DNA of 64,000 nucleotides from Balanoglossus misakiensis (GCA_040954595.2 CM082597.2:2714265-2778264), one strand, 5' to 3'. Positions 13,203 to 52,417 are shown, counted from the stretch's first letter. Notes: generated from the letters alone by a model not told the origin. Numbers and translations: made by a program.

Positions 13203-14581
13203 CTGATTATTAGCCTCAGGATGAGCACTTACCTTTTTGTGATTCAATGAGCAGAATACTTACCGTTTCATCCAAGAAAATAAGTCGATTTTAAACTCAG
13301 CAGTTCTGACACAGTGCCCTATAGAGTCGAATATTTGCTGATCGACAGGGAAGCACAGTGAACACTGTAATTAATACAATGTTCATAGTAGATGCCATCC
13401 TGTACATTTCATTTGACCTTTTCTGAGAATTTCGTTAATTTCTTGTCATTGCACAAAAGTTCATTTTATTCTTTATTAATTATACTTTGGAAGTGTGCAT
13501 GTGTTGCAGGGTAGAATATCATTCCATTTCCTTCTGTGGCTTCATCGCATTTTACCATGGTAGACTCTGTAAAATTTGAACATGCAAAACCCCAAATAAA
13601 TGACACCAGTCCGGATATGTAGAAGTTTTATCAAATTTATTTTTCTCTCTCCCACCGCTTGTACATATACATTTATTTTCACCAATGACACCATTTTAAT
13701 TTACCGTAAACTGAATGACATTTCGGATCCAAAATTTTATTTTCTCAGTATTTACACACCCCCTTTTTATTACATGTATACGTATATTATTGAACCTATG
13801 GCGACCGAAGCTCTCAGTGCGGTTCAGTTCAGCAGTAAATAACAGGGTTGAGCTGAATAAATAGCATAGCGAACTTTCAATCTGATAATTTATATACACT
13901 CGTCAGTGAATGCAGACGCGCAGGTTCAAGATGCACATTATAGTCCATCACACACACGCCATCATCGGCAGCCAACTGCTAACATTCCTGCTCCACTCTG
14001 CTTCTTCCTCTTCCAGGCAGCAGGTCATGTGACAACAATCTGTAATTTCAACTTCTTCGCAGTGATGGTATTATGAGAATCGATCGCTGACTGGCACTTG
14101 GACTTCATTGTGACGCGGTCATGTTTTCGGAATTTCTCTTTAATTTGCATGCGTGGCCTGTAAGAGTTAGAAAAAGTAGATATTAGTCTGCAAAAAATAA
14201 AATAACAGTCAAACTTAGTTTACTGTTTTCGTGTACTTTCTTTTACAAAATAGATACCTGAACTTTAAGAATAACATGACAAACACTAAAGCCGTTCATC
14301 CCCAATATGACTCGACCATGGCAGACTGAACATGGGCTCTTTTATAGTATGCATATCCTGAGTACAATTGCACACTAAATTGAAGTTGAGCTGTAGAGGG
14401 CGATATCTGAAAACCAAACACAAAATTACAATTTCGTGTTATTTCTATATCGTATCTGATGTACATGCGAGTGGCGCTTTTGTAGTCTGATGTAGATCGC
14501 ATTGCGTGACCTCAGGGTACAAAGGACAGACGTCGACCGCGAGCGTGTTGTGCAATGTGTGTAGTGATCGGCCGCGCCAAA

Positions 14582-17985
<3,404 letters not shown>

Positions 17986-18666
17986 AAAAGAATATGGAGC
18001 TGAAATGTTTTGTTGTTTTTGTATGTGCAGACTTTTTGATGTCATTCTGTACGTTTTCTGTACTGGGGCCTGGCGTGTTCGAATTAAAATGAAAGTTATG
18101 AGCGTATGACTTTTAACGTGCGCGTCGCATCTTTGTAGTGGTTTTTACGTTTTAAATGGCCCGCTTTTAGTCACGGAAATAATGCAAAAATGGCCGCAGT
18201 TAATGGCGCTTTAGTTATTGTCGTGCGCAAGGTCTCAAAATAGCCGTGTGTCACTGCACACATATCATGATCAGTCTGCCATCATCTGTGCAACGCATCT
18301 AGGATGGCATGAGAATTCATTTAGAGCGAGGACAAAATTCTTTCGTCATGCCACCACACTGAAATACTATTTGAATCTGTTCACTACACTGGGGGTGGTG
18401 ATGCATCAAATGATGACTTGATACAGCAAAATTAAATGTGGTTTAGTTGTATACTTGGCCGTGTTTTATACTTGGGTAATAGCAATGACGTCACCGTGTA
18501 TTTTCGTGGCTTTTCACTGCCTCTGTTCGGTGATGCCGCCCACGACCCCAGCTTTGCTAGCACCCATGTGACTTGATGGAGCCGCTCGGGTCATCCAGGA
18601 TCATCACCGGATTGTTTGGCGATACAAAGCGTATGAATACAGAAGGGTGAAGACCTAGCACTGAGC

Positions 18667-22447
<3,781 letters not shown>

Positions 22448-24018
22448 GACTGAACACCAATCAACTTCAAAATTGTATAATACGTTTCCTGTAAGGGGCA
22501 ATGTGATTACAATCACGATTATTGTTTTAGATGTGGTTTTGGGTGTAATAACAGTAGGGTCCTCTTAGGTTTATGCATTCAATTCGGGTTCTAATGTATA
22601 TTCGACAAAAGTTGTAATTGCGGTTTTGATAGCACGAGAAAATGGGCATTGGTCTATTGCAATCACGGCATATACAATGTACATCGCTTTCCAGACCTCG
22701 CCCGCTTCGCTAATACATAGGGCGCCGCTGGCGGTGGCGAGCGACGAGCCCGACACGCCAAGCAATCCCGGGCTCGAAGCTTTGCCGACATCCACCCTAC
22801 CCCTAGCGCAGCCAGCGGTGGGAATGGGGCAGGGGACCAGACTACGTATACCCTCCCCCCGCCATGCACTACCGCTAGCGGCGCACTAAGAATTAGCGAA
22901 GCGAACATGAACAAGGCCCGGGAAATCGAGACAAGGCATGTGACCTTTCACCCCGGCATTTTCATTAATAAGACATTCACCTCTATTGATATTAAAATCA
23001 CCCGGTGGACTGCGTGTTAATCCTCGTATGTATTTTCCTCATCTTTGCTTTTAAACTTCATGAATTCCTTTTTAACGCACGAACATCAAACATAGACAGT
23101 AGAGACATCAAGTCGTCATTCACTCAATTGTAACGCACTTGGATATACAATACATGTATAGTATTAAAGTGAGACAGCGAACAAATATGACGTAACGTGT
23201 ACAAATACAGCGAATCGATGACTCATTGCTTACACCATATTAGACCCCTGAGAATGCTTAGTATACCTTGTAAGGTATGTTCGTCTCAGCTTCCTGATAA
23301 GGACACGTTTTTGAACCAGTCTTCAAAAAAACAAATCGATGACGTTGCCAGCATGAAGTTGCCGTTGATTGATTTCAAACACCGGTTTCCCTGCCGGTAT
23401 CCCAGTAATGACTCACACCGCATTAATAAGGCCAAAGTAACTAAACTCTTAGTTTTGCGTCCACTCACAATTCTGAAAGGTAGGCAGCTAAGCGGTCATT
23501 GACTGTTTTTTCATGCTGTGGTGATTTGACATGGCTATTTTACATTGCCAAATTGTTCTATGGCTGTCATATGACAGCACAACGAAGTATGTTTCTGCAA
23601 TATGAAAATCACGGCTTATATTTGTGACATAAAATTGTCCATGAGCAAATTTTCCAAAGAAAACTGTGCGTGTGTTTTTCTCGCAAATCTCTAAAAACCT
23701 GTACGAGCGTGGACGCGAAACAAAGAATTTACTTACTTTGGCCTGATCAGCTACCAAGGCCATGAGCAGATACGAGCACACAGTGATTACGTCATCTACA
23801 CCGATAATAACATTGCTGGAGATACTCCAGGGTTCAAAATCTGCTGAGCTATAAAATGGGGGAGGATAAGCTTTCCGTGTCGTTCCCTCGCCATAAAAGG
23901 GCACAACCGTAACCTATATGCAAATGAGATGCCCTATAATACTAGCTGGCCTATGCCTGGTTGACCTAAAAACTGACTACATGTACTGCAGTGTAATAAA
24001 AGAGTATACTGCTTATAG

Positions 24019-28329
<4,311 letters not shown>

Positions 28330-29816
28330 CGGTGATTCAGAATTCGCACCGGGCACGGAAGCCCTCTACCACTCCGCTGTGTCACGTGACATTGTTGGAC
28401 GTGGCAGTGACGTCGAAGCAGCTAATACGAAAGAGGCGACGTGGTTATCAATTTTTACGCACATTTTGTTAATTTCTATTTTGATAAATGTTATCTTATG
28501 ATCTGTTCAACCTGTTGTGACCCAGCACAAAGGAACTACATATACGTAACGTATGAATTTACTTGGAAGGCTGAATTGCCAGATACTACGTGTATTTAGT
28601 TACATATTTAAGTCGAAGACAATGAGTGGAGATTCAGTATTAGAAACTATCCAGTCAGTACTATGGGCCAATAAACCAACATATCACAAACAATGTAATT
28701 CATTTTCTGAAACGAAATAAAAAAATGTAAAGAGAGAGAGCCTGGCTTCGTCTTGTATTCCATACCATATAAAGTACGACTGATGATGCAAAGTTCTGTG
28801 TAAACTTGGCAATTTTATGCTATACCGCTACTATGGGCCTTGTTAATATGCAACCCCTCATATTATCGTGCCTGACGCCGGTGAAATCTACCAAGTCTTA
28901 CACAACGTGTTTTCTTGAGTTAATCTTACAAATAGTAACCATGGATACTGTACCATCTCAATTCAGCCAAGTAGAACTTTGTACTTTAGCGAAGCTCTAA
29001 TGCTTACTGCAAACATAGCTGCAAACACAGTGGAAGATATTTATGGTAAATAACGTATTGGTGTATTTATTCAAGGCGTGTACATACACGCATGCGCCAA
29101 TTTGGATCATATCATCTTTAAATATTACCGGTGTGTCGAATTCGAAGGTGTATGGGCCAGTAAACTGAAAATGTATACCAACTTAGCGTGGATGCGTTGT
29201 TTCGTCAGTTTACATGTACGTGTGTTATAGCCAATATTTACTCTGCACAATGCACTCTCCACTCTTATGCCCAATTATGGATATCTCTCGGTACTAAGCA
29301 TCGTTCGAAGTAACTCAACTTCATTTTCTTCAGTTGACGATTTGCTATCAATAGCCCGCCTCACCTGGCCATAATAACGGTGGTCTGAGTCACCCTAGAC
29401 AGGTCACCAGCTTTCAACCCCGCCCCCTTCTCAGGCTCTAACATTATATGTGAAGTAATCTTTTTGTGGTGCCTTGAATTCACATGTTACCATATAAGGA
29501 AATATATACTATAGCTGGGCAAAACGGCATCGATCAGATTGTCCCTGCATGCATATCAGCGTGCATTTCTTTCTGTTTGTGATATCAGATATGACGTAAT
29601 GTTTAAGTACTGTTGACATTGGTGTTATTCTTTAATACAATGCATTAAAAGGATTACTCCGCGACCGCTGATTCACAAAAGGTGTTGTGGTTGCACGCTC
29701 GGTCTGGCCAGCAACGCGTGTAAAATAAAAGGACATTGACCCTCTGACGCGACGACCAACTACTTTGACACAACGTAGGCCTATATACAATCAGGTTATC
29801 TAACCGGGTGGGAACC

Positions 29817-33777
<3,961 letters not shown>

Positions 33778-33780
33778 CAA

Positions 33781-33857
33781 CCCTTTCACCACCATGGTCG
33801 AGTCCAAACCCACTGTTTTCTATGGTATGGTTGGACCTCTGAAGAGGGAACTGGGGT
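33781..33857 (-). mobile_element. Truncated copy of the piggyBac-type MITE found at 59522-59606
   Basis: Starts CCCTTTCACCACCATGGT, identical to the reverse-complemented end of the 59522-59606 element, and stays loosely alignable for about 75 nt. It begins 3 nt after the paralog 4 stop codon. Confidence 0.55.
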
Positions 33858-34765
33858 CCCATCCATAGCCAAAGTCACAAACTGCCAATATTCACATGCA
33901 AATCGTTGTTCAAGTATGCAAATCTGAGCGAAGCTTGCCCGAAGAAGAAAGTATGTTGCTGAATACAGTTTACATGCTGAACTTTAGCTACACTCGAATG
34001 CGACTGAATCGTTCAGTTACCTTAGTTGACATTTTTTCAGTAGCCTTTGTAAACTTGATTTTTTGTTTCTCATGACGTTTTGTAAATAAACTGAACATAC
34101 ATATTGGCATTAGTGTGCGTGCTTGCGTATGAAGACAAAACGGGAGTGCTCGCTTGCATTTTCTGTACTGCTTATGCAGGCTTTTTCTGAGCAATACTTC
34201 CGCACAACAATGGTCTATTTTAGATAAGTTCGTTATGTCACACTTCTTCAGCGCTGAGCCGATCGATCGCCAGCGCTGAGCCGATCGATCGATCGCCATA
34301 TTTATTTGAAAATGATCAATCCTGTGATCATTTTCAACATACGGCACACAACGTTCGATTCAACGTCAATGAAAGCACAATCGGAGTCGTGCTACTTTAT
34401 TCAAATTCCTGCAGCTGGCCACGGTCAATACACAACCTCACTGACAGGTGGGGCAACTCATTGTATACGTCACGAGTGTAAATTGGTCAATAAATTCACA
34501 ATGAAATTGGAATTGTTATTCTCGCCACTCCCACCGTAGAAGTACTCTGTGAATGAGATGTACGGGGGTTGAGTTTACTTTGGATATTTGATACGCAAAC
34601 CTCCATGACGCAAACAGAGACAATTGTCGACAGGTACTGCCTTTCACCGGCACTGTCACCAATACAGGAGCGTGGCATTCGTGGGGAAGGTCACCACTCT
34701 CTCTTAACGGGTGATTTTTGCGACGCGTTTGTAAGGCATTTCAGGCCAAGGATCACCAGCCGGAC

Positions 34766-38773
<4,008 letters not shown>

Positions 38774-39756
38774 ACATATTTTCCACTGTCCAAACGTGCA
38801 TTGAAAACGGCGCAACAATTCGAGTTTTGGACACAAAGTTGGCGATTTTGTGTATTCAGATACTTTGTACTTTTGTAACTGCATCATACGCAAGTGTTTT
38901 TCCTTTAGTACCAAAACGACTGCTTTGCTGGAAATCTCGTACTATCTTTGACCACTAACACAACAATATCCTTGTTTGCGATTTTGATGAAATAAAATGA
39001 CGAGATAAACTGAGTCAAAAAGCAATCTTTCATCAAGTACATTTGGGAGTATTTTTTACAGTATTTGATCGACCAGGAGAGGGCGCACCACCCGTCCCAG
39101 GTTCACTGCATGTCAGGTATGGACGACAAGGTGACCCAAAAGAGATGACTCAGCAATCTATGGCATCATCCAGGTACTTGACTAAAATATGACGTCACCC
39201 TGGACGAATGAGTCATAACACCAGCAATAGTGGCGGTACAGGGGGGGGGTGGGGCTGAAAAATTGTTCACCGATAACGTATGTTTACTCTGTGGTTTACT
39301 CTGCATTGTGTCCAGCTTGAGAAGGGGGATTATCAAAGAATTGCTGACGCGAGAACTCTTGTATGACTCAACACCTGTCATGAAATCCACGTGGAGGTTG
39401 AATGCCCGCCGTATGTGGTGTACTGACCCATCTCCTCCAAAAGAATTAATGATTGACTTAGAGGTACACACACTGTACTACAATCCCCAGAAAATGATAG
39501 CATCTGACTCTTGTGTTTCACACAGAATTTCTTTCCCTGCCTGTGATACTATCATTGCTGACACAATCATTGAATGAACATTGTTGACATTGAGGGCCTT
39601 TGTGTCATGTGTCTAGCATACTAAATGCTGATTGGGTGCCTCGATAAAATGGGGTCGTATTAATTAAATGAAGGGGCCGTCGACCCGACAATCACTATTC
39701 GAGAACATCACATACACACTTATGTACTAGTAGTGTACATGAACTTGTTAGGGACA

Positions 39757-44137
<4,381 letters not shown>

Positions 44138-44717
44138 GCCCAGGTCGGCTTAGGTCACAAAATACCAGCAGAGTTTGAGTGACGTCACGGGGAGAAAACC
44201 AATCATGTGTTTACAATCGTTACCTTGACAGCAGGCCACCAGCCAAGTGGCTGCAGGGCTGCCATCGGTCCGGTGACGAGCGCCCGCACATGATTGAACG
44301 CTTTTGTTATGTTTGTAGGCTGATATTTTGATTTTTGTTGATTTGGTTTTCTGTTTATTTCCTTGGCGTTTTGTAAATAAATGGAAATTATTTACTGTAT
44401 TTGGGCTGTAGGCCTACATATAATTACGATATCATTTTTATCTCCACATATTTTAGTTTCGTACAACGTTTGAGTTGTATAATATGGCCAGCAACAAGTT
44501 GCTGCGGTAATTTACGAGGTCTTGTGAGAACATCGATGTTTGACGTACGTACATTATAATGGTTATGGTCAGCAATCACGCCCCCCCCCCCCTTACGGTA
44601 CAGCTGCGTTACCACAGCTATGGTCAACAGTGCGTGGGGTCAGACAGAGCATGTGTATATAACCCCAATTGACCTGCCATTGTGGACTTTAACACTAGAA
44701 CGACATTGTACACAAGA

Positions 44718-47950
<3,233 letters not shown>

Positions 47951-49345
47951 GAAATATAAATATGATGTTTCTCAGATGTGGAATGATAGAGATGGTTTAA
48001 TCCACATAACGTATACGAATCTACAGTTACAAGCATGAAATGATTTATTGAGAATAGCCAAATCCTCGCAAAAACAATACCTTCAATCTACCTGCATTTA
48101 TGCTGAACCGAAATTTTCATTAATTTTGAATAAAAATACACGCTTCTCTCATTAAAAATATGTGTACGGCCGACCATGTTATCGACCTCGACCTGTCTGA
48201 TTCTGGTCTGACATAAAAAAGTGTAACACTGCAACCGACAGTTTTTTCCCCAGGGTCGCTAATCAACATTTGCGTTCTCAGTCCCATATACTCCTTTCAC
48301 GTGACTCTCTCGCAAACTAAACGCTACAATGAAAGCAGTTTGAGTCGCACAGAAGGAATGTACTGGACATATATTTTGTCATCAGTCCCGTTGATGAGGA
48401 ATAGAGTGATTGTATAAATGTTTGCAAGTCTCAAAAAGACACGCACGTGTTGCTTAGGATGTGTATGGCCGAGACATTCTTATCACTAATTGCGGTCTAG
48501 AACACATATGGCGTTTCAGACTCAGTGTATCCTTTGAACTGTGTTGGTTGTAACTGAGTGCGTCAACTACATCATGGATTGCTGGAATAAGTATTGTCAA
48601 GAAGGCTGTTTTCTTTCCAATGGAAAGGGAAACTTGTGGAAACAAGACTTGGCCACCGTCACTGTTCAACAGGTTCCTCCTTGTTGGCGTATGGGGGTGG
48701 GGTTTGGGTTGGGGGAGGGAATATGTTTATCTCTTCGTGGTCTGCACATTCTGTAATTCTAAAAGGTCAAAGCAATAAATTTTGAATGGGCATTACGTGC
48801 CTGATGCAGGCAAACACTTGTATCTATTTATTGTTAAAAGCAAATTAAAATGGATTTACGCGGGTTGTTGAATTATTTGCATTTGCAAAACCACTTAAAC
48901 GTTTTTTAGTTTATTTTTTTTAATTTATCGTTGCTCCTGAACCATCTCTCTCTCTTGTTTCAGGCGTGTTTTACTGATATATTACATGTCTTTAATTTTA
49001 AAGTACTGGACACGTTCACATTTTGACACTTTAATGTTTTTTAATGCTTTAATTTGTTGTTTTAAAAACCATAAAGCCCTGAGTGGAGGCTGCAGGCATA
49101 TATCTAACGTTAGCAAACTTTAAGCCAACACGATTGAAACTATTTTGGGATAATTGCTTTTAGTAAAAAGTAATTAAATGGAAGCAGACTACAAAGCCTC
49201 ACCAAAGGAACACACCTCGACTGTATAAACACATTGTGCTCGTTTGTCAACACTTTACTGAACACGCAATTCGCCTCAAAATAGTCATGTTAATTAAGAA
49301 GCTATTTTTCAAATTTTCATTACCAGGGCTCAGTGCTTCAAATTA

Positions 49346-49437
49346 AATATAAGGCAGTGTTGTAGCAATAGCCGTCATCCTGTCCAGAAGGCAGCATCCG
49401 CTACGTTCGAAAGTGTTGCAGTGTGAAGTTTGTACAG
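49346..49437 (+). promoter_or_regulatory. Putative TATA box and non-coding first exon of the lectin gene
   Basis: AAATATAAGG near 49346, then a strong donor CAG|GTGAGT at 49437/49438. A matching acceptor TCATTTCAG ends at 49789, upstream of the ATG at 49814. Confidence 0.5.
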
Positions 49438-49813
49438 GTGAGTTTTTGACTTCACATTTCTGCGTGCCTGCTTCATACCGTTCACTTTAATGCTCTGTGC
49501 AATAGAGTTTTATCTTTTCCCACGAGACTGTAATCCCAGTTTGTGGAATCTACTGTGTTATATGTTTCCACTGTGTGGAGTGACCGTGATGTTTACCATA
49601 TGCGTCTGTTAATATAAATGGTACATTTTCGTGCATCACAATGGATACTGACTGACATCTTATTTTCGCATAGTATAGGTATTACTCGATCTCGACGTAC
49701 AATTTATCTCATTTTATAATCAATGTGGGCCATATGTGGATATTAATCATTATTGTGACTGGTATTTCCATTTCTCTCCGTCATTTCAGGTTTATTCGCG
49801 GATTCCTAAGAAA

Positions 49814-52320
49814 ATGAAGTTCCACGTCGTTGTGTTATTTCTTTTCTTTGCAGCTGGTGCCAATGCTGATGTGGTATGTACAAAATATTGGATACAAATT
49901 ATAATTCTTCCAGACAATAACCTAAATTATGACTTCTATAATACCTTCGACTGCGCAAAAATCGATTTGAGAATCGTTCAAAAGGATAGAATTGTCTAAA
50001 TTGTAGCCTAACCATGCAAGGTGCATGAAATTGCCCTTTTGTTTGAAAACAGTGAACATAGTCCCCCAATATTGTTCTGGTCTTGGTTTTACTTATTCGG
50101 CATTTCTTTGAAAGTTTTGCACACACTGTGTCTCACCATCCAACTTTTCGTCCTTTACCGTTTAGACGTGTGAGGAAGGCTGGGTCAAGCGCGGCGAGTT
50201 CTGCTATTTCGTCGAGACAGGGCTCAAGCCATATGCAGATGCTCGTACAGCATGTGAGGACAAAGGTGCAACGTTGGCAATTTTGAGTGATGTGGAAGAG
50301 TCCACTTATGTGGGAGGTAAGGAACAATATTACACCAGTTTGATACCCCTTTATTTTAATGGTATCGACTTGGTTGTAACAGCTAATGTTTCTACATTGA
50401 ACAAAATCGTGTATTTCACATGATAATTGGAGAGGTATGAAAATATACATGACATTTCTGTACGTCTCTCATGTTAGGCCTTACATGTAACAAAGATGAA
50501 TTCTCAGTAATTTTGGACTTAATCTAAAATTCGTAGGATTAGCACCTGATGCTGTGACTTGGATTGGTATGATTGATGTGACGAGTGAACGGGACTGGCA
50601 GTGGATTGACGGTACTGACGTAAGTGGGGCCTCTATTCTCGATCTCTTAGAATGGATCTGGGTATTCAATGCGCAGTGAAATTCTACATACGTTACAGGG
50701 ATCCAATCCTATTGATTGTTCTATTTCTGTTTTGTAGCCCGATTTCTTCAATTGGGCTGACGGCGAACCAAACGATGCGGGCGGAGAAGACTGTGTCAAT
50801 ATTTACCCGAGTGGGTTGTGGAATGACCTGAAGTGCCCACAAAGTCGTTCTTCCATATGTAAGAAACGTGGAGGTGAGTCTACACATAACATGTATCTAG
50901 CATGAACAACATTTGAACAATATGAAGTCGACGGCTCGCTTTATTTGTCCCACGAAATGAAATGCCCGATCAACAGGGCACAAAATCACCACCACTATAA
51001 AAGACGCGTTGTGACTATCAGACCAGAGATCGGTTAAATGCACACAATTGCCTTAATGATACCCATGACTCTTAAGAACATGAAGTTCAACGTCGTTGTG
51101 TTATTTCTTTTCTCTGCAGCTAGTACCGAGCCTGAAGTGGTATGTGAATTTTTGTTTTTCCTTGATCATTTTTTCATCATAGGCCCCGCCCTCAAATAAT
51201 ATTATTCTAGTCTTGGTTTTAATTATTCGACATTTCTTCGAAAGTTTTGCCCACACTCTGTCTCACCATCCAACTTTTCATCCTTTGCCGTTTAGGCGTG
51301 TGAGGAAGGCTGGGAAAAGCGCGGTTTCTTCTGCTATTTCGTCGAGACAGGGCTCAAGCCATATGCAGATGCTCGTACAGCATGTGAGGGCAAAGGTGCC
51401 ACCTTGGCCATTTTGAGTGATGTGGAAGAGTCCACTTATGTGGGAGGTAAGGAACAATATTACACCGGTTTGATACCCCTTTATTTTAATGGTATCGACT
51501 TGGTTGTAACAGCTAATGTTTCTACATTGAACAAAATCGTGTATTTCACATGATAATTGGAGAGGTATGAAAATATACATGACATTTCTGTACGTCTCTC
51601 ATGTTAGGCCTTACATGTAACAAAGATGAATTCTCAGTAATTTGGGACTGAATCTAAAATTCGTAGGATTAGCACCTGATGCTGTGACTTGGATTGGTAT
51701 GATTGATGTGACGAGTGAACGGGACTGGCAGTGGATTGACGGTACTGACGTAAGTGTGGGGCCTCTATTCTCGATCTCTCAGAATGGATCTGGGTATTCA
51801 ATGCGCAGTGAAATTCTACGTACTAGTTACAGGGATCCAATCCTATTGATTGTTCTATTTCTGTTTTGTAGCCCGATTTCTTCAATTGGGCTGACGGCGA
51901 ACCAAACGATGCGGGCGGAGAAGACTGTGTCAATATTTACCCGAGTGGGTTGTGGAATGACCTGAAGTGCCCACAAAGTCGTTCTTCCATATGTAAGAAA
52001 TTTGGAGGTGAGTCAAAACATAGGCCTAACATGTATTTCGCAGAAGAACAGAAAGAAGTAAATGTCCTACCGCTATAAAAATTTGAGTAATGGCATATGT
52101 CGGCGCAGTGCCAAATTATATGATTGACGCTTTCTGTTGATTTCATTTCTTTGCAGTCACTTGCACTGAAGATGGCATCTTTCCACATCCTACCGACTGC
52201 ACCAAGTTTTACGTATGCATCCATGACATAAGGTCTGACTTCGATTGCCCTGCGGATTTGGTGTTTAATCCGGAGTTGGATACTTGTGATTATCCCGCAA
52301 ACGTGCCAGGCTGCGAGTGA
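49814..52320 (+). CDS. Secreted lectin: signal peptide + 2x C-type lectin domain (EPN/WND) + C-terminal CBM14 (peritrophin-A/ChtBD2) chitin-binding domain, about 327 aa
   Basis: Exons 49814-49873, 50166-50316, 50537-50619, 50738-50873, 51120-51139, 51296-51446, 51667-51749, 51872-52007, 52157-52320 (984 nt, in frame). CTLD motifs: CEEGW..FCYF..ARTAC..WIG..W.WIDG..NWADGEPND..EDC..WND..C..IC. The last exon, TCTEDGIFPHPTDCTKFYVC..FDCPADLVFNPELDTCDYPANVPGCE*, has the 6-Cys CBM14 pattern. Domain calls are firm; joining both CTLDs into one mRNA is inferred. Confidence 0.85.
50060..52015 (+). repeat. Tandem segmental duplication (about 1130-bp offset) of the lectin exons and introns
   Basis: About 50070-50880 is near-identical to about 51200-52015, including the introns 50317-50536 and 51447-51666. 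Confidence 0.92.
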
Positions 52321-52417
52321 TCAGTACCAGCACTATCACAAAGCTAAAGTCGACGGCTCTTGCTTATGCAAGTGTTACATGTTGAATTGGGTGATGGTGG
52401 TGGGCATCAAATACGTA

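Noticed and set aside
13222-13265. Two minus-strand GGTAAG donor-like sites pointing into the satellite
   Set aside because: No upstream exon or reading frame could be linked to them, so they are unsupported without transcripts.
13900-14035. Possible minus-strand first exon or promoter (ATGGCG, GTCATGTGAC E-box)
   Set aside because: The ATG frame stops after a few codons and no convincing donor follows.
14502-14509. XRE-like TTGCGTGA upstream of paralog 1
   Set aside because: It is a single short motif, not found at equivalent positions in the other paralogs, and is expected by chance.
23488-23904. 138-aa minus-strand ORF and transposon-like intergenic sequence
   Set aside because: No recognisable domain, TIR pair or TSD could be established by eye.
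34250-34298. Short tandem duplication CAGCGCTGAGCCGATCGATCG x2
   Set aside because: It is a local duplication of about 22 bp with no further structure.
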